From positions 364,188,001 through 364,252,000 of the forward strand of contig OZ024742.1 of the NCBI GenBank assembly GCA_964016885.1: 64,000 bases of DNA. The letters run 5' to 3'. The position numbers and the translations under genes are program-made. A model generated the notes under the pieces. The model saw nothing but the letters and a program-made list of their open reading frames with translations, was not told the DNA's origin and ran no database searches. This DNA is from Eledone cirrhosa. Its lineage: Eukaryota. Shown here in pieces: positions 17,356-32,327 of this stretch (position 1 is the first letter of the stretch; every line of letters starts with the position of its first letter).

Positions 17356-19331
17356 CTCTCACACTCCCCCCTCTCTCTCTGTCTATATACATATATATAT
17401 ATATATTTCTGTCTATAACTGTTAAATGTACACTCAAATCTACCCAAACATACATGCATATCTACAATACGTTAGCTATCTCAGTTGACAACAATCAGAA
17501 GTTCGCTTTACCCACCATTTGTCATTGTAAATAGTTATTTCTCCAAAGTTACCCATTCTTATGATCTCATATGTCATTTATACATATATATATATATATA
17601 TATGCTAAACATTAATGTAATTATGTAATTATTTGTTGATTTATTTAATCAATTTAAACGTTCGTATAGAGCTAGTAAGCCATGACAGACCAGAGGAGGT
17701 ATCTACAGTTGAGAAACAAACAAAAACAAATACAAAATAGATACAAGTGAGGATAAAAATAAAAATTAAAATAAGAATTTAAAAGATGAAATATCAACGG
17801 GGGGGGGGGGGATATCCGAGGAATAAATGCTCAAAATATCAATAATATCCTTAATCAGGGCCACGTGTCTATAACTAATATAAACTCTAATGCAAATCAT
17901 TAATTTCTTAAATCCCCAATTTCCAGCAATATTCCCTCCATTATTGACAGCCTGGAACCACTAGTTTATATTATGTATTAGTAGTAATATTGTTGTTATA
18001 GTTAGTATTATCTGTTGTTATGTCTTTCCTTCGTAGGTTTTCGGTTCCCTTACATTTTTCCTTTTTTCAACTCTTGTTCTGGCTCCTCAATTTCCTTTCT
18101 TCTTTTTCCTCCTCCCCCTACTCTTCTTCTTCTTCTTCTTCTTCTTCTTCTTCTTCTTCTTCTTCTTCTTCTTCTACATCATTATGTCTTCATATTTTTC
18201 TACTTACGTTAAAAACTAAAACATTTATTCAGACAATTCTCCCTCTGGTAAAATCAGTGCTAACACATTGATTCTGAAATGACTTCAATGCTTGGAACAA
18301 TAGAAAAGCAGGAAAACTTCTCTAACAATTTAATTCTATTCGCTGATCAATAAGATTATAACATTTGTCTTATTATAATTAGTGTTATTTTCTTTATTAT
18401 TTTTATTAGTCTTTTGATTTCATGTAAAAGATTGTTATAGTTTGTTCCAAGTGGCTTTTTTATGTTATATTTATTTCAAATACCATTGTATTTTAATAAT
18501 AACGTTCGAAATTGTGAAGAAAAATAATAGAAGTTGTTTCGACACCGAATGATCAAAGGTGAGGTTTAATTTACGTTTAACGATTGCCGATTGTTCTTGG
18601 AATATATTAATTTTTGATCAATTATTCGGCGTAATAAAATTGAAAGACCGTTTTAATGAAACTACACTTTCAAATGTAATTACGACGTAATTTTAAATGT
18701 AAATTCAATTTCAATTCAACTTCTAATCTAAAATAAGGTAATTTTAGTCCCCGAAAATTGAGTGAACAGAGACAGTGAAATGTCGCGTTAAATTCATTGC
18801 AATTTTTCGATTTAATAATTTATATTTTGCGATCAATGTCGACCAGAGTTGACTCTAAACATCTTTCCTCCAGAGGGAATGCAATTTTTGTTTAAAAGTT
18901 TGTCACAATCTCAGAGGTTCATTAGCCCAGAGCTGAACCTTGAGTTGTTGACCTTGAGACAGTGAGTGTACATACTGTCCCCTACTTCACAGCCAGCTAG
19001 TGCAGGGTTAACCCACACTGGCTGTTGATACTCATTTGCAGCGGCGATGACTGTTTTGCTCAAGAATTCAACGTGCTACACGGTTGATGAATCGAATTAA
19101 TGATATTACAGTCGCATGTCCAACAACCTAAATACAAGACCTCGTACTAATAAATATAGAACCATTAATATATTGGGCTTGATAACATTGATTACGTTTC
19201 TCCTGTGGAATAGCAGTGTTTTTCCCTAATAAGAATCATATACAAATTGTATATAATTGTACTGTGTTTTTTGACACTGCACGGCCCAGGTTTAATTCCA
19301 ATGAGTTGTATCCTAGGCAAATAAAATTTAC

Positions 19332-19437
19332 CATTGCATCGAAGCGACGCATGTTTTGTGTAAAATAGAATCATTTTTGCTGTTAATTTAACACACCGAC
19401 CGCCAGTAACCGTAGCTGTAGCCGTAGCTGCCGCCAT
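19332..19437 (-). CDS. Candidate first coding exon of a host gene (possible mitochondrial targeting peptide)
   Basis: Locally CpG-rich non-repetitive patch (about 19390-19510); ATG GCG GCA; peptide MAAATATATVTGGRCVKLTAKMILFYTKHASLRCN is basic with no acidic residues; followed by donor G|GTAAAT. No downstream exon identified. Confidence 0.4.
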
Positions 19438-20268
19438 AGCCCGAATGACATCCGGGTTTATTGCTCCATGTTGAGCGTCGCCGCCACGCGACGTTCAGTC
19501 CTGTCGTTTGCTGTTGAGTTCCCCTTACATCACGTTATTTTAACGTAAGCTGTTGAAAATTTGCCGCCTAAAAATATTCAGTTTTCTCCCCAAATAATCA
19601 AAGTATACTACTGTGAGGCCTGAGGTTGCCAGGACTAGTAGTTAGACCATTGTACTCCAAGTGTCGTAAGCTATGAAGATTGATTCTTGGACTACACGGT
19701 ACGTTATGTTCTTGAGCTTGACGTTTTATTTCTCGTTGCAGTTTGTGATAAGACTGACACACTTATCACTAACATACGCAGAATATCCTATGAGATACAA
19801 GCTCATAAGAATCAAATTATACTACATAGGAATGAGTTGAAAATGTGATTTCTTCATTTCATTTTACTGGGTAGTGTGCACCTCGTGTTCACAATCAAAC
19901 TTTTTATATTTTAAAAATCCTCAAACCTCATCATAACGGAATTAAAGTCACAAAACACTATTTCTTCTTCCTTATGTAATATGGAGAAATGTGAATTTGA
20001 AATAAATCGATATTTCACAATACAAATCGTTTCATGACAACTCAAATTGATCTTCCACAGAAGTAAGTCACCAACCCAATTCTATTACACAGTTGTACTC
20101 AATAATGTTGACGCAGATCGTGTGTACCTCCGTGGGTATTATGTTACACAAACTGATGTCATTTTACATCGTCTGTTGGCTATATATATATATATATATT
20201 GTTATATTTGGGAGGGTCATGTTGCCAATTTTTCAGATAAAGAATCTTGCTAAACATATTTAGAAACG

Positions 20269-20320
<52 letters not shown>

Positions 20321-20459
20321 TATATATAAACGGAAAAAATGAAACGAAATTTCCTTTGTCAGTGTTGAACAAATGAGCAACGATGGTTGCTAGACACTGT
20401 ACGGCTTAATTCGTGATGTTTGTTTACAAACACACCGAGCATTATAATAAATTACATAT

Positions 20460-22205
20460 TACATATTACATTGAATGTCTCTATATATTAAATATCCATT
20501 ACTTTATATAATATAATGAAGCTATACTAGTTATACCAAAAGGTGGTTACTTTATGTTTAATTCTAACAGTTATTGCACAGTATAAGGTTAGAGGTACAT
20601 AGGAGTTGTGTAGAGGGAAGAGCTGATCAAATGGTGTGTAGTTGTGGGGGCTGATAAATCCTAGAGGTGAAGTGTTAAATGTGGTGGAGATTTCAAATCT
20701 GACATTGATATATACTAACAGCTAGGTTTAAAGTTATGGAAAGAGTGACGGTATCAGTGTTGGCACGAGGAAAATGTCTCCGAATTTTTATTAAGGATAT
20801 CTGGTTTCGAAAATATTATAGTATTTGTCTCTAGAAGACAGAGGTTAGACAATTTATTCGGTGGTTTATATGATGAGGCCCTACCTACTACTTCCCATTG
20901 CAGTGTAAATGGTCTATTCCTAGTTTTCAGAGAGTGTTCGTAGCTAGATAAAGAAGTGGAGTTGGCTAGATTGTGTTTCTTGAAAGTGTGGAGATGCGAG
21001 TTGTATCTCGTCTTGAAGCTGTTCGAAGTAGAGCCGATATATGCTTTAGAAGAGTTGTTTGCGTTGACGGTGCATGAGTAGATGATGTCTTTGGTTAAGC
21101 AATTATTACCTAAGGGGCAAGTTCTATTAGTTCTATAGTTACATTTATTCTGGGTGTTAGCTTTCATTAGTGCTATTATCATTATTACTATTATTACTAC
21201 TATTGTTTACATTAGTGCTATTATCATTATTACTATTATTACTACTATTGTTTACATTAGTGCTATTATCATTATTACTATTATTACTACTATTGTTTAC
21301 CTCCTGTTGTGTTTTAATTAGTTGGAAATAATTATTAATCTTCCTTTTATTACTACTAGCTATACGTTATGCTATGTAAGGTGTGGCGGAGTACGATATT
21401 TTAATTGTATTTTTATTGATAAGGTTATGGTACTTGTGGCCGGTCGGGAAGTTTTTTTCTAAGATTGAGAAGAAAGCCTTAGGCAAGTTGGTAGAGACGT
21501 TTAGATTGAAAGGGGGATTGAAGAATGTATTAGTTCTCCTATTTTTGTTTTTAGTACTTATTTTTGAGGTATTTGTATCCCTGTTTATATTATTATCGTG
21601 GTTTTTACTTTGGTGCGAGTTAAGTTTGCTATTAACCTTCGTCCTAGAGTTATAGTGGCTAGTGTTTTTACTATTTTTCCACATGACCATATTATGAGAA
21701 ATATTGTTGTAACTATGTGATTTTATAGGTAGGAATTCAATCTCATTCTTATGTCCTGATTTAGCTAAGGCCTCATTATAGTATTGTGAATTATTGTTAA
21801 ATATAGTTTCATTATATGATAAATTAGAGATTCTATTAGATATTCCTTTAGTAATAGAGTTTAATATGGATTTAGGGTGGTTAGAGTTGGTGTTCACATA
21901 AATTAGTTTTTCGTTAGGTTTATGATAGGGTGTGTATATTTTAAGAGTCTAGGCTAAGGGTAGCATCAAGGAAGTTGACGTTTTTAGTGTTTTTATCTAA
22001 GGTGATACTTAATTTGAAGTTTTCGAACATTCTGTGTAACTGTTTCTTAGTTATTTTCTATATTAAATTTGTTATAGTCTACAAGGAGAAGCGCATCATC
22101 GCTGTATAAACAACCGTTGAGGTAGGGAAGGTTCTTATGAATTTCATTAAGTAGGTATAGGCCCACCAAATCTGTGACCTGCACCGAGTCACTAGATCCC
22201 ATATA
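20460..22205 (-). mobile_element. 5'-truncated decayed Penelope-like element (same lineage as 13022-16290)
   Basis: MGSSDSVQVTDLVGLYLL..LYSDDALL near 22090-22203, thumb ORF 21367-21897 (SNHPKSI, FNPPFN, IKISYS), GIY-YIG 20754-21182 (DIIYSC..YIGSTSNSFKTRYNSH); ~43-bp triple tandem repeat at 21167-21300. Confidence 0.85.
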
Positions 22206-22378
22206 ATGTATAATTTATTTATTTTCCTGCTCTGTAAAACAACTGATGTTCATACATTGAGCTATTTCTCTTACTGGTAATAAGGTAATAGGAAATTAGT
22301 GACCTTCCTTTTTATGGTTGTTTATACTATATACATAACTATAAATAGTATAATTATTATATATATATATATACACAG

Positions 22379-22567
22379 GGCGGTGGATTGGCAGTATCGG
22401 TAGAGGGTCGGACGCCATGCTTTCTAGCATAGTTACGTCCCTTTCCAGCCTGAGCTCAAATCCCGCCGAGGTTAACTTTGCCTTTCATCCTTACGGGGTC
22501 GATAAAATCAAGTACCAGTAATGTACTAGGTAATTGCTGGCCTTGTGCCTAAAGTAGAAACAATTAT

Positions 22568-22568
<1 letters not shown>
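22379..22568 (+). mobile_element. tRNA-derived SINE with conserved central domain (Meta-domain-like)
   Basis: B-box-like GAGCTCAAATCCC followed by GCCTTTCATCCTTACGGGGTCGATAAAATCAAGTACCAG; other copies at 16870-16965(-), 41550-41735(-) and 56366-56885(-). Confidence 0.8.
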
Positions 22569-22621
<53 letters not shown>

Positions 22622-22828
22622 TGTGTGTGTGTGTGTGTGTTTATATATATCATATATATCTATGTTTATATATATATCTATGTTTATATATATATGTTTA
22701 TTTTATATATATACGGCTTTATAACACTATCTTTTCATGAAGGACTAATCTATTTATTCCACCTACTGTGTCGTTTGCTTTGTTATTTATGTTTACTTTT
22801 TACACATACACACACACACACGCACACA

Positions 22829-22901
<73 letters not shown>

Positions 22902-23005
22902 TCATATATATATATATATATATTAATTTAGTTACAAGATATTTAAAATGTGGTGTGGTGGCCTTGTCTATGAAAACCCCCCACATATTGGACATTTCGT
23001 AAAAT

Positions 23006-23059
<54 letters not shown>

Positions 23060-23147
23060 TTTCTTCCCATCTCTCTCTCCTTTCTTCGTCTACTCTGTCC
23101 CGCCTCTCCCACCTTCCCTCCCCCGCTCCATATATATATATATATAT

Positions 23148-23407
23148 GTTGTTTCTTTGAGCAAGACACTTTATTTCACATTGCTCCAATTTACTTAGCT
23201 GTAGAAATGAGATGATAGTGACTGTCGTCCCTATCATTCCACTGCAAATTGGACGTGTAGGCGCCATGGAAAAAAAGCACCAAGCACTCACTGTAAATGA
23301 GGTTTGTGTTAGGAAGGGCATCCAGCTGTAGAAATCAAGCCAGAATTAATTCCCGTCCCACCGTTGCAAGCAGAGAAATGTGGATGTAAAATGATGATGA
23401 TGATGAT
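23148..23407 (+). mobile_element. CORE-like SINE with (GAT)n tail
   Basis: CORE-like TTGAGCAAGACACTT plus the same 3' part as 10250-10470; further CORE-like remnants at about 18990-19150(-), 19620-19740(+) and 42013-42110(+). Confidence 0.65.
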
Positions 23408-23657
23408 ATAAACAGAAACATATATATATAATATATATATATGCAGACATATAGATATGTATATATATGCTGACAGCTGGTGCAGTGCACCTTACTGCTG
23501 CATTAGTGCGGCAGAAACTCGAGTCCGGGAACCTTATAGGCACCAATTTTACGTGTGTTGTGTTGAATCAAATAACTTTCTGTATATTCTGGGAATGTAT
23601 CTTACATTTGCCCATGGAGTGCGGTTTTGGCATTGATAAATATGGTGGGTCAACCCT

Positions 23658-23745
<88 letters not shown>

Positions 23746-24039
23746 TAGATTTACATATACATAAACTAGACAGAACCATACATATATATATGTGTCTTTG
23801 GCAAATGATTCTATGGACTTTCTTTCTTATATATATCTATATATATATATAAACATAATCTATAGAATAACTTGCAGTAATAGTTCAGATGGTTTCGTCT
23901 TACAACACCAACATAGTGTGTGATCCCGTATGTTGGGAGATCCCTGCGATATGCATTTCAAGACAGAATCTAGTTATCGTTCGTGTCAGTATTAATCATA
24001 TCAAATACAACACAGGCTGAAGAAGTTCGAAAATGCTGA

Positions 24040-24560
24040 AACAACTACAACAACAACAACAACAACAACAAGCAATATAGGTAATTGCAGCATCAACAAT
24101 AAAAAACAATAATATTATTAATATCATCGACAATAACAACAACACAAACAACAAAGTCTAGAAAACAATGCCATCAGCAACTTCAATACCAACAACCAGA
24201 ACAATAACAACAACAACAACATCGACCACAACAACAGTAACAATATCAACAACAGCACTAACGACCACAACAATAACAACAACAGTAACAACATCAGCAA
24301 CTTCAACACCAACTACCACAACAACAGCAACAATAACAACAAGGCACCAACGACCACAACACAGCAACAATAACAACAATAACAACAACAACACCAACGA
24401 CCACAACATCACCAACAAAAACAGCTACAACACCAACGACCACAACACAGCAACAATAACAACAATAACAACATCAACACCAACGACTATAGCATCAGCA
24501 ACAATAACAACAAAAACACCAAAGTCTACAGTAACAACAACAATAACAATAACAACACAT
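24040..24560. repeat. Degenerate (AAC)n low-complexity tract
   Basis: ACA/AAC-rich repeats; similar tracts at 46740-47400 and 48400-48590. Confidence 0.9.
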
Positions 24561-24907
24561 TATATTACTTTATAAAAATGGCTGACAATGATAGACGGGT
24601 GCTCGACAATGCTATTAGCTAGTTTGGTCTTATATTAAAATCATTTCCTATCAGATTTATATCAAAGGAAGCTTACACACTCACAAGCTTTCCTCTTCCT
24701 TGACAAATATCTCCTCGTTATCTCTCTATACATCACCCTTCCTGCAATATACTATTTCACGTTCCAAGCATATCTACCTTTTCTCAGTCTTACTCTGTTA
24801 CTGACACGCCAGTTCCATTCAATTACATTCTTGTTTTCGTTTGATTTTTTTCTAGAAAAATTACAAATTTTTGTACATTGTATGTTACATACTAAAACAT
24901 TAAAAGC

Positions 24908-25015
<108 letters not shown>

Positions 25016-25034
25016 TATATACGTATATATATAA

Positions 25035-26252
<1,218 letters not shown>

Positions 26253-26428
26253 TATTGTATATATATACTTATATATGTATATATATGTGTGTGTGTGGGT
26301 CTGCGTGTGTGTGCGTGCGTGCGTGTGTGTGAGTGGGTGTGAGTGTGTGTGTGTGTAAGTGTGTGTGAGTGTGTGTGTGTGCATGTGTGTGTGAGTGTGT
26401 GTGCGTGTGAGTGTGTGTATGTGTGTGT

Positions 26429-26541
<113 letters not shown>

Positions 26542-27406
26542 AAGCCTACCTTAACTAGCAATTACACAGCCACCCTATTCTCCATATATTTTATCATGTT
26601 TCGCTGTGGACAGTCTTCTCTCTCCTTCTACCTACCTATTTCGTTACTATCACCTCTTCCCCCTCTTTCTTCCTCTACCGTCCTCCCTCTAACTTTCAGT
26701 CATCCTTTCTACCAGTCTTCTCTCTCCTACCTATTTCGTTACTATCTACTTTTCCACTCTTTCTTTCTCTCGCTTTCTCCCTCTCACTTTCACTCACCCT
26801 CTTTCTGTTAGCCACTTCATTGTTTCCCTCGCCTGACCCTCTAGCAGTCCTTTTCTCACTTACAACTCGTGTCTCGTCGCACACCCACACGCTCTTGAAC
26901 TTAAGTTCTCTTATCGCTGTAGTCTTCGATTTTCTTACCTTAAGTTGCTCGCAGATTGCTCGGATGTTGTTTTTTTTGCTGTTTTTTCTCTTTTCTTACC
27001 ATATTTTTCCTTTTTCCCTTCTATTTTCCTTCCTTCCCTCCTCCGTTTTCCCAATTATTTTCTCAGTTAATGAACGCTCTGGGGGTAGATATATCGGCTT
27101 TAAAGAATTGAAATATCCGAGACCCCCCATTAGACAACTGATGAGGATCCCTCCCCCACCCCCGTTCTTGCTTTGTTCTTATTCTTATTCCTATTTTTAA
27201 GTCTATATATATAAATTGTAAAGCGCCAGGCCTGCATGGTCATATATCATATGAGCCTACTCACGGACCCGCTCCCACATGCCTGTATCTATGGTCTACT
27301 GTCTCAAATATTACTGGTCACCCCGCCTAATCACACTGCAACCATCTTTTCAATGACGCATTGACTTCTGATAATGTTAACAGCCCCACCACTACCACGT
27401 GCAATA

Positions 27407-27453
<47 letters not shown>

Positions 27454-27631
27454 ATACATAAACAGAAAGCCTTAAGACATACTCCGACCAACTCCATCTC
27501 ACTCAACACACATTAGGATATACTTAAGTATTATCCCAATTTAGTGCTTGGGGTGCTTACTGATCATTATTTCGTGGATAATTGGTTGTATTATTTTATA
27601 TGAGACATTATTAAATAAATATCTCATTTCT

Positions 27632-27745
27632 TCCAGACGGCCGTTTCGTTATAAGATTTCTACAATTTGGGATAAATAATTTCCAGGTTATGTAGATAAT
27701 CCATAGTTTTTTACACAAGCGGGCTCTTATAAACTCATCAGTGGA
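27632..27745 (-). ncRNA. Type I hammerhead ribozyme with large stem II insertion
   Basis: TCCA-CTGATGA-GTTTATAAGA..(~70 nt)..TCTTATAAC-GAAA-CGGCCG-TC-TGGA; GUC cleavage triplet, palindromic stem III. Confidence 0.8.
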
Positions 27746-27837
27746 TACCCAATTAATAACGATATAAGAATTAATTATATCGACATTAACAGAATGGTGA
27801 TGGTCTCCCTTAGCGCTAACAAGAGACTGGTAGATTA

Positions 27838-29656
<1,819 letters not shown>

Positions 29657-29849
29657 GAATAGGATTATCCTGGATGCAGTAATGGTTAATTACTACACTG
29701 GATAGAGTTGAGGTACGGTGAGAGGTTACACAACGAGTTATGGAAAAATAGTTGAAGAAACTCAGTTCCTGATCCTTCTGTATTCCGGAGTGTAGATAAA
29801 GAATGAATAATAACAGGTAGACATCATAAAAAGGTAATTTACAAATGTT

Positions 29850-32253
29850 TCAAGATTCTTTATCTGAAATCGTGTGTTGAAACCGATATTGTTATACTTT
29901 GGGTGGGTCATGCTGCTAATAAGAAACACACGCACCAGTTGCTTTCACTTCAGTTTATTATATATTTATAAATTTACAAATTTATAAATTTATAAATTTC
30001 TGGTTGGTTGGTTGGTTCCACAACCAGATAGTTGTTTATATATAGTCATAGTCCTTTCGTCACACACTATGTGACCTCTTCAGTGACTGGGGATTCCTTT
30101 CTTTGTTTCTGTGCCTCTCCTTTGTTCTGTCCTACGCCATTTTGTTTCTGTGTGTGTGTTGTGTGCTCAGTCTGCGCATGCGCCACATCCGGGTATCTGT
30201 GTGTGTTTATGTTCATTTATCTATTTGTTTATTTATTTATTTATTTACATATTACTGGTTGGTTGTTTGTTCTATGTGTGTGTGTGTTTTCATTTTGTCC
30301 TTAATTGTAAGTTGTGATGTTGCTGTTCCACTCATATTTTCTATTTAATTTTGGTTGTAATTCTTTTATGTTTATTGCCTCTGTAATTTGTCTAAACATT
30401 GCGTCTTTTCTGTGTGTAGATTCTACTTTTATTTCTATGTTCTCTAATTTACCCTTGTGTTCTATTTTAGCATGTTGGTAGAGTACAGATGATTCTTTAT
30501 TATCTTGAAGGTCTCGCCAGTGTTCATTTATCCGTTCCCCTATACTACGAGCTGTCTCACCTATGTACACTATATTTTTGTCTCTACATTGTCCTTCAGT
30601 ACATCTTATGCTATACACTACATTTCTAGTTTTACAGTTAATATGGGGGCTTATTTTACAGGTTATACATTGCTTATCTATACATGAGGGTCTTTGAAAA
30701 GGGTATGTCTTGCTAATAAGTGTTTTTACGGAGGTACCTGGTCTTTCTACTATCTTAATATTGAGTTTATGTTTATTTAGGGCCCTTCTAAATTTGTAGG
30801 CTAGTTCGCCTCTAGGGGTTGTATCGATGAACATTACACTCTGGTATTTATTGCTATCATACCATGAGTTTATTCTATTTGCCTTGTTCCTAGTTCTTTC
30901 TATTCTATTCCAAAATTTGCTCCTATACAAGGGGCAGGTCCCATTTATGTCATTATTTCCCATTTTTTCCCATTTGGTTCTGGCTCCTCTATACACTCTG
31001 ATTCTATCTCTCTGATTTTAGCCAGAGAACTGCATACGGTGGATGAAGTGTTGTATGTGTCTCTCTAGTTCTTCGGGGTTGCACATGCGGGACACATTTC
31101 TCATCACCCGTACCAAATCCGCAATCAGTATGTTGATTTTGGTATGGTCCGAAATGGCCGAGTTTCGGTGGATCAGATGTTTGGAAGTCATGTGTTTGGC
31201 ATAATGGGAATGGAGGATTTGTTTTTTGTTGTTAATGGTATCTAACCAGAGCTCTGTGTCTAGTACAGGTAATCGATGGTTGGGGTGTCTACTTGGGTAG
31301 TCTATAGTAACTCTAATGCTCTGGTGGATGGAGTTTGCTATTTGCTGGATGCTTTCCATTGTGTTTTTCTCTAGTTCCTGACTGTTCTCTAGTGGGGGTG
31401 TCTTAACTACGATGTTTATGTCATCTACGTAGCGGGAGTACATTATCAGGGTTAAGGGGTCTTCTAATTGTTCTTTAAGTTTAAGTTTAAGTCTACTGTC
31501 CCACCATACCATGAATAAGTTAGCTATGTCGCCTGCAATGCTAACACCAATGGCTGCTCCTTCCTCTTGGGCATATGTTTTTCCATTAAATTTGAACATA
31601 TGTTCCTTAAGGGTTAGTTTTATGCTGGCCCCTACCGCATGTGCAATCATTTTCTTCAGTTCATCGTGGTTTTCGGGTGTCCGTATGGCTCTGGTCCACC
31701 CGTTCCATCTATCTGTGTGGGTTTTCTCGGCCATTGAGGTAATGGTAGGTGGTCTGCCTCTTGCTGGTCTTGTAGGGCACAGGTTGCTAAGGTCATATGT
31801 GTCTAGTTAACTATTACTATTGGTAAGCTTAAGTAGAAGTCCCAGCTCACTGGTATCAATCTCACGGAACTCAACCTTGCACTCATTGATCATTTCTACG
31901 CATTTCTCCACAGCAAAATCCACGTCAATAGATGGATACAGGGACACAACATCCATACTGCCTATTATGCAGTTTGTTAGGTCCCCAGATCGGTTACTCA
32001 CGCCGATTCTGCTGAGGAGGTCCTCCGTGCTGTCACATACATCTGGGGACATTTCAATGATGGGGAGTATGATCAGGGAGAGGAAGTAGGACAGTCTGTA
32101 GTTACTAGCAATGTTAGCTCCACAGACTGGCCGTGTTGGTGGTCCCGCCACAGGGTCACAGCCCGTTTTATGGTCTTTTCGAAGCCCATACAACGCCGGC
32201 ACGTCATTGTTCCAGGCCTGGAAGTTGTTGGCAGTCCTTTTGTTGGGCTGCAT
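29850..32253 (-). mobile_element. 5'-truncated inverted copy of the PLE at 32328-36560
   Basis: Near-identical reverse complement of the element from ~34190 through its 3' pLTR; ORF fragments 31807-32253, 31018-31734 (YSRYVDDI) and 30301-30996 (GIY-YIG); hammerhead at 30044-30088. Confidence 0.95.
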
Positions 32254-32327
32254 TATACTCGTCCTGCATTATACTCGTCCTGCATTATACTCGTCCTGCA
32301 TTATACTCGTCCTGTTGGGCTGCATTA

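Noticed and set aside
16979-18330. Possible downstream exons for the 19332-19437 candidate
   Set aside because: I found no acceptor/donor pair giving a convincing phase-1 open frame.
23495-23530. Half hammerhead (hairpin-GAAA-CTCGAG-TC)
   Set aside because: No CTGANGA or matching stem I upstream; probably a truncated pLTR, not called as a ribozyme.
27138-27160. CTGATGAG motif after a pyrimidine-rich tract
   Set aside because: No downstream GAAA or stems.
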